DNA of 64,000 nucleotides, from the NCBI GenBank assembly GCA_051362555.1, contig CM120640.1:52616788-52680787 (forward strand), given 5' to 3'. This DNA comes from Lingula anatina (Eukaryota > Animalia > Brachiopoda). Below the pieces are notes generated by a model. It ran no database searches. It was not told where the DNA came from and saw nothing but the letters and a program-made list of their open reading frames with translations. Positions 24,601 through 38,465 of the stretch are shown here, piece after piece; position 1 is the first letter of the stretch; each line of letters starts with the position of its first letter. The translations under genes and the position numbers were made by a program.

Positions 24601-24768
24601 CAGGGGCAGATTTAGGTCGTCTTCTGGGTCTTCCGGAAGACGGTCAGATTTTTAAGTTTACATTGACGGGTATCTAATTTTTTCTGTCGGAAGACGGTCA
24701 AAAATGAACAATGGATCAACAAAGATAATTTGGAAGACTGTCAGAAAATATCTCTGAATCCGCCCCTG
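24601..24768 (+). mobile_element. MITE family A, full-length copy (168 bp), 5-bp TSD
   Basis: Seen: TIRs CAGGGGCAGAT / ATCCGCCCCTG, with ATATA on both flanks. Superfamily is inferred (hAT-like with 5-bp TSD). Confidence 0.85.
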
Positions 24769-25288
24769 ATATAAAAATAAGTAAAAAGTGGGCTCTTCCC
24801 TTACATCTTCAACTTACAGGCCATTTGGACCATCGTATCTGAGAATTTACTGGACTGAACCAAAATTCACTGGTCCAAGCCCAATTTAAAAAAAATATTA
24901 ACTAAATTAACACATTTATATTTAAACAGGCTTGCTGTTACAAATAAGAACTAAATCAAGAGATTTTCAAAAGTTTATTTTAAAAAAATTCAACATTTAG
25001 CCTGAACATTTATAAAAAGATTTGGAGTACATGTTACAGCTAAAAAAAACTCCACTTGGCCAGTGACGAACTATATTTCAGAAATTTAAACAACCCATTA
25101 TTGTAATTAGAAATCAATTAAGACATTGTTGTCAAGCTCTCAATATTTACTGTCATTGGCAGCCGGGCCAGTGATTCACCTCACAGACTGCATCTTTGTC
25201 TTACCTCCTCCCCACCCCCACCCCTAAAAGTCAAACAAGGAAAAAAGCACAACATTTTATTATATAATTATTTTTTCTTACTCATTAG

Positions 25289-25417
25289 GTTGCCATCAAG
25301 GTGATAGAGGTTCAGAAGATCAAGGAGAGTTATGTTCGCAAGAACCTGTACAGGGAAGCTCGTATTCTTTCACAACTGCGCCACCCCAACATTGTGCGAC
25401 TTTTTGAAACATTACGG
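25289..25417 (+). CDS. HUNK-like kinase, coding exon 2 (VAIK lysine, alphaC helix, HPNI)
   Basis: Seen: ttttttcttactcattAG acceptor, 129 nt, VAIKVIEVQKIKESYVRKNLYREARILSQLRHPNIVRLFETLR, CGG|GTAAG donor, phase 0/0. Known: YVxKNLxRE resembles HUNK (YVTKNLRRE, recalled from memory). Confidence 0.95.
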
Positions 25418-26789
25418 GTAAGAAAACTCTTCTTTGCATGTATTATCCATTTAATATCACAGTTTGTGTGAACAACAAGAGTGATTAACATATGTGGATG
25501 GGAAAAGTGATTAAAAAATGTGGAAAACTTTCTTCTCTTACAAAGATTTACGCACCACAAGATTAATCATTGGAAATTCAAATGTTTGATACATATTTTG
25601 TGAATATAAATTTATAAAAACTGGTCAGCACCAGGAACAAATGGGTGGATGTGTTAGTATACTGCGAATGCAGCCTTATTTTACCCACTCTTGTTTCTCT
25701 TCTCTTCAAAGGAAACTACCGACTATGAGGCTCTTGAACTTGTCAGACCAAATATACTGCTGCTATTTGCAGTCTCTAGCTGACTTTTTGTTATTTAAGT
25801 ACTTTTTTGAGACTGTTAATTAAATCTGTCTAGGTATTTTGTGTCTTGGTTTATTGCTCTTTTCTTTTTTGGTATTCCACCAAGACTGCATCTTTAGCTA
25901 ATTTTAACATACACAGACAAAAAAAAAAAAAAAACAATTTGACTGAAGCATTATGCAAACTAAGTAACATGTTATGTTATTAAGATTTTTTTTTTTAGCA
26001 AACAAGTGATAATACCGTAGACTTATTATTGCTTTGTCAAGTAAAAACAATGTGGGTTGTGTAGGTGAATTGTACAAATAACGAACAAACTTTTGAGTTA
26101 AGAATATAGAGAAACAATTCATGCTGTAATACTGACAATGAGTAGAGAGGAGTATAAGGACAAAAGCCAAGCAAAACATAACCTTATCCAGCACCCTGCA
26201 GGGTGTCTGCCAAATAAAATGGCCCCTCACACATACTGCAGTTTAGACTGGTACAGGTAGATTCACAGTCTAGGCTGGCCCAGATAGGTTCACAGTTTAT
26301 ACCGGTTTAGGTTGATTTGCAGTAAGTGTTCACTGAAAGTGTGCCATGGAAACTCTCAATGTGTGTTATGAGCTCTGTCTCAGTGTAGCTGCTTAATAAG
26401 TATTTTGCTTGACTACATGCTGCAGATTGCAAAAATGTATTACAGACAGACTCCACCATGCACTGTGAACACATTATGTTTTGTGTTCTTGCACTAAATA
26501 GGACTGATTCATGTAGAACATCCACAGATTTACCTGTTGCCAGGACATATAGAAATGATGTTGTGAACTAAACACAGGAAATTTCTTTGATTGTGTTGCC
26601 AATTACCAGTCTTGTATTTCCATGGTATTGAGTATCAGGAAAACAGTATATCAATTCTTCCTCTGGGTAATTTACACCTTCTGTACAGCTGCAGTGGTTA
26701 GAATTGTTTATAGTTTTAGGTAATTAATATCAGAGGGTAGGATAAAAGTGGCTTATATTTAGAGACTGTCATGGAGAGATGAGTTAAGC

Positions 26790-27090
26790 ATTGGTGTGGC
26801 AAGGTTTGGGGGTTGGATTTTGCTAGAGTGGGCATTATTGTGGCAAGGATGGGGAGTTGTGTATTGCTAGGTTGTGCTTACAATGTTTGGGGTTGAATAT
26901 TGATAGTTGGCAACAGTGTGGTTAGGGGTTTGAAGTTGGGTTTTATTAGAGTTTACATTTCTGTGACAAGGCTTGGATTTGAATATTGACGTAGTTGGCA
27001 TCACTATGGCAAGGGTTGAGGGTTGGATAAACATACAGTATAGTTGGCATCAGTCTGGCAAATGTTGGTAGATGCTTACTAGTAAAGTTG
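26790..27090 (+). repeat. Degenerate G/T-rich minisatellite, ~44-bp period
   Basis: Seen: recurring (G/A/C)TGGCAAGG...GGGTTG(G/A)AT..TG.TAG.TGGCA units near 26797, 26840, 26964, 27008 and 27056. Confidence 0.6.
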
Positions 27091-27470
27091 TATTGACATC
27101 ATGGAGATGGTTGCTATTGTGATGAATATATTTCATTACATTATTTCCATTTGTTTCAGTTTGGATCACATCACAGTGTTAAAGAAAAAATGAATCCAAA
27201 CATCTTTAACTGGGACATTTTAACTTTATCTCTTTATATGTATGTGCACAAGTTTTATCCTAAGGCACAATATGGTGACATTTTGTGTGTGACAATGACA
27301 GAGAGATATGTCCCTGTTTCACCTACCACTGTCAGAACACTGCACTGATTGACCTTTGGTCATCATCAGCTACATCAAGATGTACATCTTCACTCTCTTT
27401 TTTATACCTGCGATATTTATCAGGTGGAAGATAGCAAGGTACTTCTCCTTTAGCATGAGACAATGCATTA

Positions 27471-27670
27471 GACTGCATTCCCACAGATTTTAGATCGATC
27501 TATCCCTAGATTGCTGTCAGTTTAGCCGGCTTAAATGTCTGTCCCGCCTACTAAAAGCTGTAAGGTGGTTATTAACTTCCGTGCGCACTCGGCTGACAGC
27601 AATTTAGGGTGAACCCCCAGGGAGTTAGGTCGATATGGATGGAACGATCTAAATCTGTGGGAAACCAGTC
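27471..27670. mobile_element. MITE family B (PIF/Harbinger-like), copy 1
   Basis: Seen: imperfect TIRs GACTGCATTCCCACAGATTTTAGATCG / CGATCTAAATCTGTGGGAAACCAGTC; internal sequence (CCGGCTTAAATGTCTGTCCCGCCTACTA, GTGAACCCCCAGGGAGTTAGGTCGAT) is shared with 48629-48843. Confidence 0.8.
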
Positions 27671-28045
27671 TTGGATACAATGTCCCATAAAACACATTTC
27701 TGCATATTTCTGAGATTTTATACATTGTTCTTGTTATTATTATTATTATCATTATTATTACTATTATTATTATTATTATTGTACTATCTCCATGATTCTG
27801 TACTCAACTTTCCCCTGCTCTGACCCAAGTCATATATGTAACAGCTTCATGTTCTGGCCAGATGCTACATGTAGGTCTGAGTTAGGCGCAGTTCACTAGG
27901 TAGTGTGCAGTAAGTCATTCTGAACAGCCCCCTACACTTTTTTTAACATTTATGCACTGGAGTTCTCTGACTCTTGGGTTTGTAAAAAGCTGGTATATTC
28001 CATTGTAATGCTTCAGGATTATTTATAAATCATACACAGTAAATG

Positions 28046-28214
28046 CAGGGGCTGATTGAGCCCATCTTCTGGATCTTCCAAAAGACGGTCAGATTTTCAG
28101 GTTTACATAGATGGGTATCAAATTTTTTTCTGTCAGAAGATGATCAAAAATAGCGAGGGCATTAACAAAGATAATTTGGAAGACTGTCAGAAAATATCTC
28201 AGGAACCACTCCTG
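28046..28214 (+). mobile_element. MITE family A, decayed full-length copy, 5-bp TSD
   Basis: Seen: CAGGGGCTGAT...AACCACTCCTG, colinear with the 24601 copy, flanked by AAATG on both sides. Confidence 0.85.
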
Positions 28215-31200
28215 AAATGTTACAATAAAGACCTAAAAGAGATGTAAGTGTGTGGTCCACTTAGCATGCAGCATAATAATACCCATCAATGTTACAGTGT
28301 GTGAAGACCTGTGGAGTTCATTGAACTCTTCACTGTACAAAAATGTACAGAATTTCCATACTGGTGGAGAATATTGACTGAATTGATTTTCCTTTTTTTT
28401 TTTCCTCTTCAAAAATAAAATATTGAAATAAAGCAAGAACCCTCAGGTCACGAACGATTCATTTATTTGGGGGGGAGGGGGGAATCAATTTTTTGCCATT
28501 TCTTTTTTAGTGCATTGTATACTAGGAAGAAATGAACCCCACCCAAAGATGACACTTGTTGGAGGTGTGTATGTAAGAGTGACCACTCTGTTTATTTGCA
28601 ACCTTGTTTTTTCTGCTTTTGCAGAAAAAAAAGTCACCTGAATTTAGTTAAATCATTAATGCAACTAACACTTATTAACCTTCTATATTTTGAAAGCTTC
28701 TTTGCGCAGCAAAATGTTTTGAACAGTTTCATCAGAGCTCGGTACAGAGGATACTTTGTACTTTTGTTCCACAGTCACTGGATTTTCCATTACGTAGTTG
28801 AGTGGGAGATCACACCTGTGCATGGCCTAGTGTCACATTTATATATTTAAATTGAGGGGGGGACAAGTTTGCTCCACAATATACTGTATTGGAAAAATTA
28901 AAGTTATATGCTGTATGATAATAAACTTTAAAAAAAGATGTGATGGCTCCGACATTGCACAAAAACTTTGATATATAGGCCATGGCTGGTTCCACTGGTA
29001 TATTATGTTCATATAAAATAAATGACAAAAATCAATATAGTTGCACTTTATAGCCTTTTCTGGGTATCCTGTGTCTTGGAATAAGCCTGTTTGAATACAA
29101 GTAAGTGCACAAATAATAACAATGATAATAATAATAATAATAATGATGATGATGTTGACGATTTTAAGATTTAACATTTTTTCATTTATAGGCTCTCTTA
29201 AATACCGCATTACTAGAATGTTAGTCACAAAAGATTTGTTACAGTACATAGCATATATATTTTATGCTTCTGTCCCTCAGTTAAGCCGATACATAAATCA
29301 TAAACACATGCAGAATCACAAGGCAAGTTTAAAGAGTGCAAGACATGCTGTTAGGTAAATAAAAGAACAGAATGAAATCATTCAGTTTCCCATATCTGTG
29401 TATAACAATATGACCATGCAATGAAGTGATTCTGTATTGATTTCAAATTTAGCACTCAAGTATGAAGTACATATCAGATGATAGAGAAACTAAAGGGTTC
29501 CCCCCCCCCTCTCAGAAAGTGGAGGTGTGTATTTCAGCAAAGGCCCTCCTTTCCAACCTACAGAGATCTGTCAATAGTTTTACTATCAAGAGAAGTAAGA
29601 TACATGTGCCAGCGGCATCCTCCTTGTTGGGAGACATAATTGTGATATTTTAAGTGCATTGCATTATTTCTTTTATGTATGAGTGTAACATGAAAAAAGC
29701 CATACTTTCATGGTCCCTTTCCATGATCCTGTTGTTTTTTCTTGAACTTAATGGAATTTTTATGGAGCATATTCTTTCATCAGGAGGTGGATGAGGCCAC
29801 TTGAGCTGTTTATTTGACTGTACTGTGGTTCCTGTTGCTAATAAATTTGGCAGTGTGGCAGCTGGGGAGGCAAACTTTTTTTTTTGGCATTTATTTTTTT
29901 CCTTCATTTCTTTTTCTTTGAAATTGTTGATGGCTCTTCATTTCATATACCAAATTATGAAAAGTTTGTATCTTTTATTTATTTATTTTATTATTATTAT
30001 TATTTTTTATTTATTTTTGTTATTTGTAAAAGATGAGAGGCATGGAAGAAATTGGGATTAACTTGGATGATGACACATTTTGTGTCTTATCCTTTTCTAT
30101 TACATGCAAAGTATACATCTCTGTGTACATGGACCACTCTATGTTGATCTGCTTTTTCAAAATTTTAAAATACTCCTTTATGTTTTTTTCACTTTTTTGT
30201 TCATATTAAAATTCATGTACCTATGTAACTGGGATTGACTCAAATTGTCCACATGGAGGACTCAGTGTTGGTCTGTATGTAATAGGATCCAGTGTATTGC
30301 CATGCAGCATGGTCAGAGCCTGTCTTATCAGTTTCCATGTATGGGCAAAACTTTCTGAGCCTACTGCTTGAAATACTAGACAGGAATTTCCGTTATAAAC
30401 ATTGCAGCAGTCTGTGAAAACATAAATTTTGCTTTACTTGTGGTTCTGGCTGGTGTGTGTTTGGTAGTTGTCTGTCCAGTGGAGGATTTGAATAGTTCAA
30501 CCTTATTAAGTGCACTGCTCCTTAAGCCCACACCTGTACACATTTTGGCAGTTGATAATTACCTACCTGTTTTCTTAGAATGAACTAATTCTAGTTTCCC
30601 ATTTAGACAATAATTAGACTAATTAACAGCATCAATAGAAACACCTCCAAAATGATTTGATGGTTATTACACTGTTTATGGTTGAAAAGGCAGTGGCCAT
30701 GGGCAGTTAACGGGCATTTTTCACCTGTTGCTCCACTCCTCAGAGTACAGGTAGTTGTAACCTTGTGTTTACCTTTATTTAGAACCTCAGGTGAGTGGCC
30801 TGTTTCTATTTCACACCTGGGTAACTACCTGTTATCCTGTATCCATCAAGCAAAAATTAATGCTACTATTAAGGAAATAGATCCATCATTGAAAAGACAG
30901 CGTGACAAATTTTGGCAGTGAAAAATAGACTTACGTCAGTGCTGACTTGGACCAGTAATTTTGTTTTGCTATACATTTTCACCTGACCACTTAGTGCTTT
31001 ATGTTACGTGCTTGCAGGAATAAAACTTCCCGTTTTACAGCCACACAGTATATATTGACAATCAAATAAACCTTTTTACCTTGAGGAAAAAAAGGAAAAA
31101 AGATTTAAAAAGAAATATGATGGTAGTCATGACTATGTCTACTGTAAGATGATTTATGATAAGACTTGGGTTACTTGGACAAAAACTGTTACCTTTTATG

Positions 31201-34140
31201 TCACTTTTCAGACATATCACAGTCAAAGCCATTTAGAATGGTGAGGAATGGTTTATTTGAAAAACTTAATTCAAAAGGATCGTGAATGCAGCTCATATTT
31301 TATTCACCAAACACAGCATTAAGCGTATAATTTCCTTTTCCCCTTAAAAGGTGTAGGATCTGGAAACGGAACTTGATCTGGTAGGGTATGTTTATCAGGT
31401 TCATAGGAGTTAGTTTGATGATAGTATTAGATAAGTTTTAAGGGTCACACTTGCATGGAGATAACTTCTTGAGTACAATTCAGTAAATTAAAGTTGGAAG
31501 TATCTAGTTTCCTTACATACATGCTAACAATTTGTTGATGAGAAGCTGAAACTTAAACTTGTATTGAAAAAAAAGGCTGTGTATTGATTCTTTACACTGG
31601 AATCATGCGAATAGGACAATGGGGTTAATTAAAAATTTTCAGCAAATTATAGTTCGAAACTCATTTAAGCAGTGCTCCCATGTGAGCTCTTCTCAAGTTT
31701 CTAGACAAATGTTGAATAACAGGGAGAAGAGGCAAAAATTAAATTACTTTTTATCAGATAAAAATAGAATTGACAATACTTATGATAAGAAGGAACAATT
31801 TATAGTATACAGGGAAACATGACTTATTTATCTTATCATGAAAATGTCGTGTATTAAGTTACCCCACCTCCCAGACATAAATCTTGAATCATTTGAAAAG
31901 TTATGGAACTTTTTTAATAAGTTTAAGATGTGACAGATGTGATTATTTTTATCAGGTATTGGGCTTCCTGGTCCCATGACCAAAATTCACCTGACTCCTC
32001 AATGCTATCCCAGTGATCTAAATAGGAAGAAAGCCACTAGTGGAAAAGGAGGGGGTGCCCAAGGAGCTTTTCTCTCAATCTCATACTGATATAGTAGAAG
32101 GCACATAGAAGCAAAAAGATCTTTGAAAAAACAGACTTGGTGAAAAAAAAATAGTGATAAGTCTCAAAATCTGTTCACACTCCCTTAGAATTTCTCAGCA
32201 GGCCTTCGAAATTATGATCATCACATCACGTCATGGTCATATTTTACGTAAACTGACTAGATCATAAATTATGTTGATAGCCAAAAAAAGTATAATAAAA
32301 ACGGAGAACACCTGGGGAGTTTGTTGTCTTCTTAACTGTCTGCAAAACTGACAAGAATGTGTCAGCTGTATTTAGAAGTCATGTGCTCACTCAATCCAGA
32401 AGCTCAATTAAACAAGTCTAACTTGATTACCTTTAAAAACATAGTTTCAGGTAGTCTAGGGTGTTGGTTTATTATCATGAACTGTTGGTTTTGGTGAGCC
32501 GTGTGCTTGGTTAGCTAGATTGATGACAAGTGTCAAGACTTGAAATAACAGTAATTTATTAACTTCAGCATTAACAACAATCAAGTAAGTAAGAGAGGGG
32601 GTGTGGGCAGAGCTGAGGTGGGATGTAACATGTACAGCCTGAAGTTTAATGTTTTGAATTATTGCTGACATGCAGCATGATTCACTTCATTTTTTAAATG
32701 TCCAAAAAATGCATGCATTGGTTACATTAAGAAATGGGATTGAGATGACATGAACACAAATGTACTGCCTACTTTTGTCAGTAATCCTGTTAGTAATTGG
32801 GTTTATAAACATTTACTCCCTTCCCCAACTTCCTCAACAATTGCAATAATGCAGTGCAACATCCTTTTTATAAAGACATGATAAAAATGTATTCAAATGC
32901 ATATATAATACTTAATCCAACTTCTTGAGTCAATTTTTTTTTTTTTTTTCAAATGCTATAAATAATGTATCTCTATTTTTTATATATCACGGCTGGCATT
33001 GTGACAAACATAAACACAACATTTTTGTACCACAATTATGCTACCCAGGTAATACTATCATTATATTGTGTCAGAAAGACTGCTGATAACATAATTGACA
33101 ACAGCTTAATGTCGAAAGCTAGGCACATTTATAATAAAGGTTCGTCATGGTAACTTATCTTCTTAGTCCCGAGGCAAATTCCTTATAAATACTAGGCGGC
33201 AAATTAACCTGGATGGGTGTACAATAAACAGGTTACTTATCTCCATCCACCATTGTCATGCTGTGAAAGGAGAGGAATATATGGCTGATGATAACATAAC
33301 TAGATATGTCATTAGCTAACAGATAGGAGCTTATACCAACTGCTTGTGGGTAAATGGGTGAGGCTCCTGGGAGGGGAGGGGAAAGCATTATGAGTTGGAT
33401 TGATGAAATTTAAAAAGTTTGGAGTATGAATTGAAGTGGTAAATTTAAGTGATATGTTGCTACAAATGTCTGTATGTCATTTACCAAAGTCCAAATATTG
33501 GGATGTTCCAAATAAATTACAATGTTTTAGTCACCATAAGTGATTTTGAAATTCCTAGAAAAATTATTTGTGACAAAATTATATGGGCCAGAATTCATGT
33601 GGTAAAACTATAAAAATCCAGCCTGAATCACTCCTAGATAGGGGTAATGGTAAGCTTTTGTGATTATCTCCTCATCTCCCTTATGTCATGGAACAGTATT
33701 GGCAATATCTGCAACATTGAACTGAACACTTTCACCAGTTTTGGTATAGAAACCCTTAGGATATCATTGTACAGCTTGGGGTCAGTTCTGTCACTCCAAA
33801 AATGTTCATATATGGAACATATCCAAAGCATTGATCCTTCTTGTACAGAATTAATTTCAATGCCCATTTTATCCAGTAGCTTAATTACCTTGACTAAAAG
33901 GTTTTAGGTTGCAGTTCTGAAAACATTTTGCTGTGATAGTCACACAGACAAACTATTAATATTGGCCACAGGGTATAGGAGACTTAGAGGATTTTAATTT
34001 TGTCTGTCAGTTTTGTTTTTATCCTCGCAATACTGTTGTGGGGAGTATGCTTAAAAGTATTCACAGAAATAATTAGTGTGTAAAGGTGGCAGACTTGTAA
34101 AAATTGGGAAACCTCTGACCCCTGTACATCTACAAGCATG

Positions 34141-34145
<5 letters not shown>

Positions 34146-34232
<87 letters not shown>
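34146..34232. repeat. (GA)n microsatellite, ~87 bp
   Basis: Directly visible. Confidence 0.97.
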
Positions 34233-34236
<4 letters not shown>

Positions 34237-37200
34237 TGTTGCCATGGTGATGAATTCTTGACACAAATGATACCAATATAGAATGACACAAATGAAATAA
34301 GTATCCTTTAACAATTCTTTCAAGATATTGCTGCTTCTATCAGCTCCACGCTCCTGTCTGCATGTCTGCCTACCAGTGACATTTCTTATAAACTGCCTTC
34401 TGCATTATAACCCATGTATTTGATAATACCATGTTATTTCCCTACCTTTCCTGCCTGTACCACATCCCAATATACAGGTGTGATACAGGTGTCTTATCAG
34501 CGGTCAGGTATGCTGTATCATGTACAGACAGCCCCAGACACAGTAAGTCTGGAGAGGGTGAATTAAAGTGTCTGTTGATAGCTAAGTTAGCTATGATAAG
34601 ATGCAAAATTAATGTGGATTATAGTAGTTTTGGCACAAATACCCTATTGATTTAGATTAAGAAATTAAGGTGTGGTGGAGTATTCTTGTTCAGTGCTGTT
34701 GGTCATAGGTTGTTCTTGGGGCATTGCTGGAGATTTTGTATGATTACTGTAAGGAAGAGGGTGTTTGAGAAGGGTTGTTCTGAAGTATTATAGTCTACTG
34801 TATAGTGTAAGATTATAGACATGGATATGAGGTATAAAGGCATAAATTTTCTAGTTTGCAGTGAGATAGGTGTTGTGTTCATTTATTTTGTTGTGCTATG
34901 GATATGAATCCAAAAGAGAGAGAGAGAGGGAGGGGGGAGGAGAGAGGGAGAGTCATGTTATGTTTGTAACTTAATTGGCAATGCAGGTGCTTTGGAAAGA
35001 GTTTATTTGCATCTCCTCTAGAGCAAAGAATGCATAGGAGGGTGGGCTGTCAGTGAATGTTGTCTTCTCTATTCTTTGGATATCAGTCGTTCTTCAAATA
35101 TTCCCGTCTCATGCACTCCCCTTTGCTGCTGCCACCACCACTGCCTGCCTGTTCTGCAATATCAACAAGCATACAATTCAATTATCTTTTTCTTGGGAAT
35201 ATGCTATGTGCAGCAGTCTATGGCTTCATCAGGTAAATTAGAGCTGCAGGAATTGAAAGCAGTGAGAAACAATGACAGTACCTGAGTGATTGATGAGATA
35301 GACTCAGAGCCAGCACTCGCTCAGGTCCTAACTGATTGATAAAGTATACAAGCTTCATCACTACAAGGTTTAAGTCCACTAATAATCCTATTACTGATGA
35401 GATACACAATCACAAATCTATGTGAACACCAGCATGATATTTGTTTTAGCCAATTACTTTTTAAAAAATCAGTCATTTAAAATGTTTCTGGCAATAAAGA
35501 CCTTTTTTTTTTCAGCCAGGATAACTTATTCAGCCACTTGTGAAAATAGTTCATGATATCATGAGAAGAGTAAGTGCAGATCTGTGGAAACTTAATTCTC
35601 ACAAGTCCCAACAGATCAGTCAGATACATACACAATTTATGTCTATGAACAGTCCTCCTTTTCACATGATTCCTGTATCTATCCAGCAAATTGCATGACT
35701 TGGGTGTCCTGTGGTTTTAGTTGCTGTAACACGTTGAAGATAAAACAGGTGGTACAGCTACATTACTTATATTTTATCATCCTACAAGATGTCAAGTGTG
35801 GGAAGGTACAGTACGCACATATAGGATGTGGGATATGTGCAGTAAGGAAAAGACCAACCCCTACAATTGATGTGAAAGTTCTGTATCTTGTGGTTGGTTT
35901 TGTAGACTTCCTCTCTCTATTATTGTGTCTTGTCATGCAATGGGGGGTCATCTCCTGCAAATATTGTTATTATGTCATATATTTGTTGTTAGTTGTAGTT
36001 TTGGTGCTATATGTTACTGTAGTGACTTATGTGAATAGAGAAATGATTTTATAAATTCACCTTTATGATGACATTTATAACAGACATGTTTTTATTTGTA
36101 TTTTTTACCTGTTAAGGTATTAGCATGAAAAGAGGTAATTTGCTGCTTTGGTCAGTATCAAGCATCTTGTTTCTGAGCTCAAATAGTCTTGTAAACCATA
36201 CCGTACATATACATATTATTTTGGTGGGTCTAAAAGAGCCAGTCAGTATTTATCACAAAATCATATTTTGAGCTGTTCCCCTTGTCAAATTCTCATGGAT
36301 CAGCCACTGATTAATCACTTTTCTTCTGTGAGAAATTCCCTGATTATTATTAAGATAGTAAAACCATTTGACATTAACTGCTGTATTTGTCTGTACCCGT
36401 GGGACATGACTGCAAACTGTAAAAAAAAAAGGATCAATAATTGTAAATTTTAAACCAAGCTTAACAAGGTATTTTGGTAGTCCAGGTTCTTGTAAAGAAT
36501 ACATTTATTAATGCTTAGTTTTGGTTTGGAATTTGTGTAAATAAAAAAAGGAATATTTATATCAATATTTGACAACAATTTTGAATTGCTTTTTCATATA
36601 TGGCAAGATTGGGATGGGATGGAGCAAACATTTTATCATTGTATTCTGTTGTGTGCCCCACAATTTCAGTGAGGTGGTTTTTATACATTTCCTTTCTGTG
36701 GCAAATCCTCAAAGCAGCTGAGGCAGGGTGGTGTTTTAATTTAAATGTTCACCTCATCTATCTACCTCTCCCTGGAGATCTCCACCTTGGCAAATTCATT
36801 ACCAGGCAATTTTTGGAGTTTGCATGAATGATTCCTCCACATCTCTCTAGGAATGCCTTTGATACATGTGCCCATGTACTCCTACAGGGCCTCTGCAGGA
36901 GAGGTAATTAGGAACCCCGTAGCATAGTGAAGATGCTTTAAGTTTGTCAGACCATAAAGACCACATTGGCAAGCTGAAGAGAGGCAGAAAGAGAGGTGCT
37001 GAAAACCAGTCTGAGTCCCTTACTAGATGAAGGTGTATAGAGTTCAAGAGTATGTCTCCTCTCATTAAAAATGGTGATGTAAGAATAAAAATGAAATGAA
37101 CTTTTATTTATGATATTGCCCTCAATTAATGAAGATGTGAAAAAGATGTGTGTTTGTGTGTGTGTGTGTGTGGGGGGGGGGGCTTTCTAAATTAAAGTAC

Positions 37201-37459
37201 ATATACATTTATGTATAACTCATAAAATGTGGCCTTAGCCTGAACATCACATCAGGAATACATGTACATTTCAAGAATTTAGTAAAAGTCTTTATGTAAT
37301 ATTGGTGCATACTGTTGATTCTAGGAAAAGAGCCTTTAAATAAAACAATCATTCAATTAATTAGGTATGCAGTTGGCTGACATTCATTACAGGTATCTTC
37401 CGTACCTTTAAGGAACTCCAGGTAAATATCAGGCATAACAGGTGTGAGATACAAATACC

Positions 37460-38465
37460 GGCTGCGCTTCGCTATGCCGAAGGTTCGATGTGCCGAGGGT
37501 TCGCTATGCCGAAGGTTCGCTGTGCCGAGGGTTCGCTATGCCGAAGGTTCGCTGTGCCGAGGGTTCGCTATGCCGATTGTTTTTATTTTGTGCCGAAAGG
37601 TTCGCTGCGTCGACGGCTCGCTCTGCCGAAGCCATCGTAGAGTTAGATACCCCATACTTTGAAGAAAATATTTTGAAAAAATACCTTTTTTTATTAAAAT
37701 AATATATAATAGCATTACTAGCCTTTAATACTACAAAGAACATGCATTACATATTTCGTTACGTATTCTGACATTTAAATAAGTATCTTTATCAGTTCTG
37801 AGAGGTACATGTGCTAGTTGGCTAACGCAATTAATTATCAAAAGTAACACAGCACACAAATATAAAACTATATGTCATTAAATCAATAATAAATAGTAAT
37901 TTTAAAATAGCTAATAACAAAAATACGAAGCTAAAATAACTGCATGTGACAATTACGACTACTAAAAGTATAATGATAATAAATAAAAAGATGTTAATTT
38001 TACACACACCCAATAACTACAAGTTCGCCAAAAATAATTAGAGAATGTTTTCTTTTCAGTAATTTCCTAAAGTGGGTGACGCCCATAGTGCCAAAAATAA
38101 TTAATAAATTAACTTACAGAACTGATTATTTAAAGCGATTTAAGATGTTTATGTCCATAAGAATAAACTTTCAATGCGCAGTTTTAACAAATTCAAATGG
38201 TACGGATGGAAGAAGAGAACTTTTTAAACTCGTTTATTTAAAAAAAAAAAAGGCCACTGCTCGTCACGTTATATAACAAGCACAATGGGTGATGGGTAGC
38301 CGACTTTTTCGGCGCAGCGAACCCTCGGCACAGCGAACCTTCGGCATAGCGAACCTTTGATTTTGGGGCTCCGGAAAAACTTAGCCGATTTTAGACCAAT
38401 TTTCCGGTTTTGTCGGCACAGCGAACCCTCGGCACAGCGAACCGTCGGCATAGCGCGCTGTCCCC
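37460..38465. mobile_element. Young foldback-like non-autonomous DNA transposon (family C) with 16-bp subterminal tandem repeats and 8-bp TSD
   Basis: Seen: arrays of GCCGA(A/G)GGTTCGCT(A/G)T at the left end, their reverse complements at the right end, an AT-rich centre, TSD CAAATACC at 37452-37459 and 38466-38473, and intact CpGs. Confidence 0.88.

Noticed and set aside
32208-32275. TGACTAGATC (miR-279-like seed) in a weak fold-back
   Set aside because: Only ~15 interrupted pairs, an oversized loop, and no match to miR-279 beyond 10 nt.
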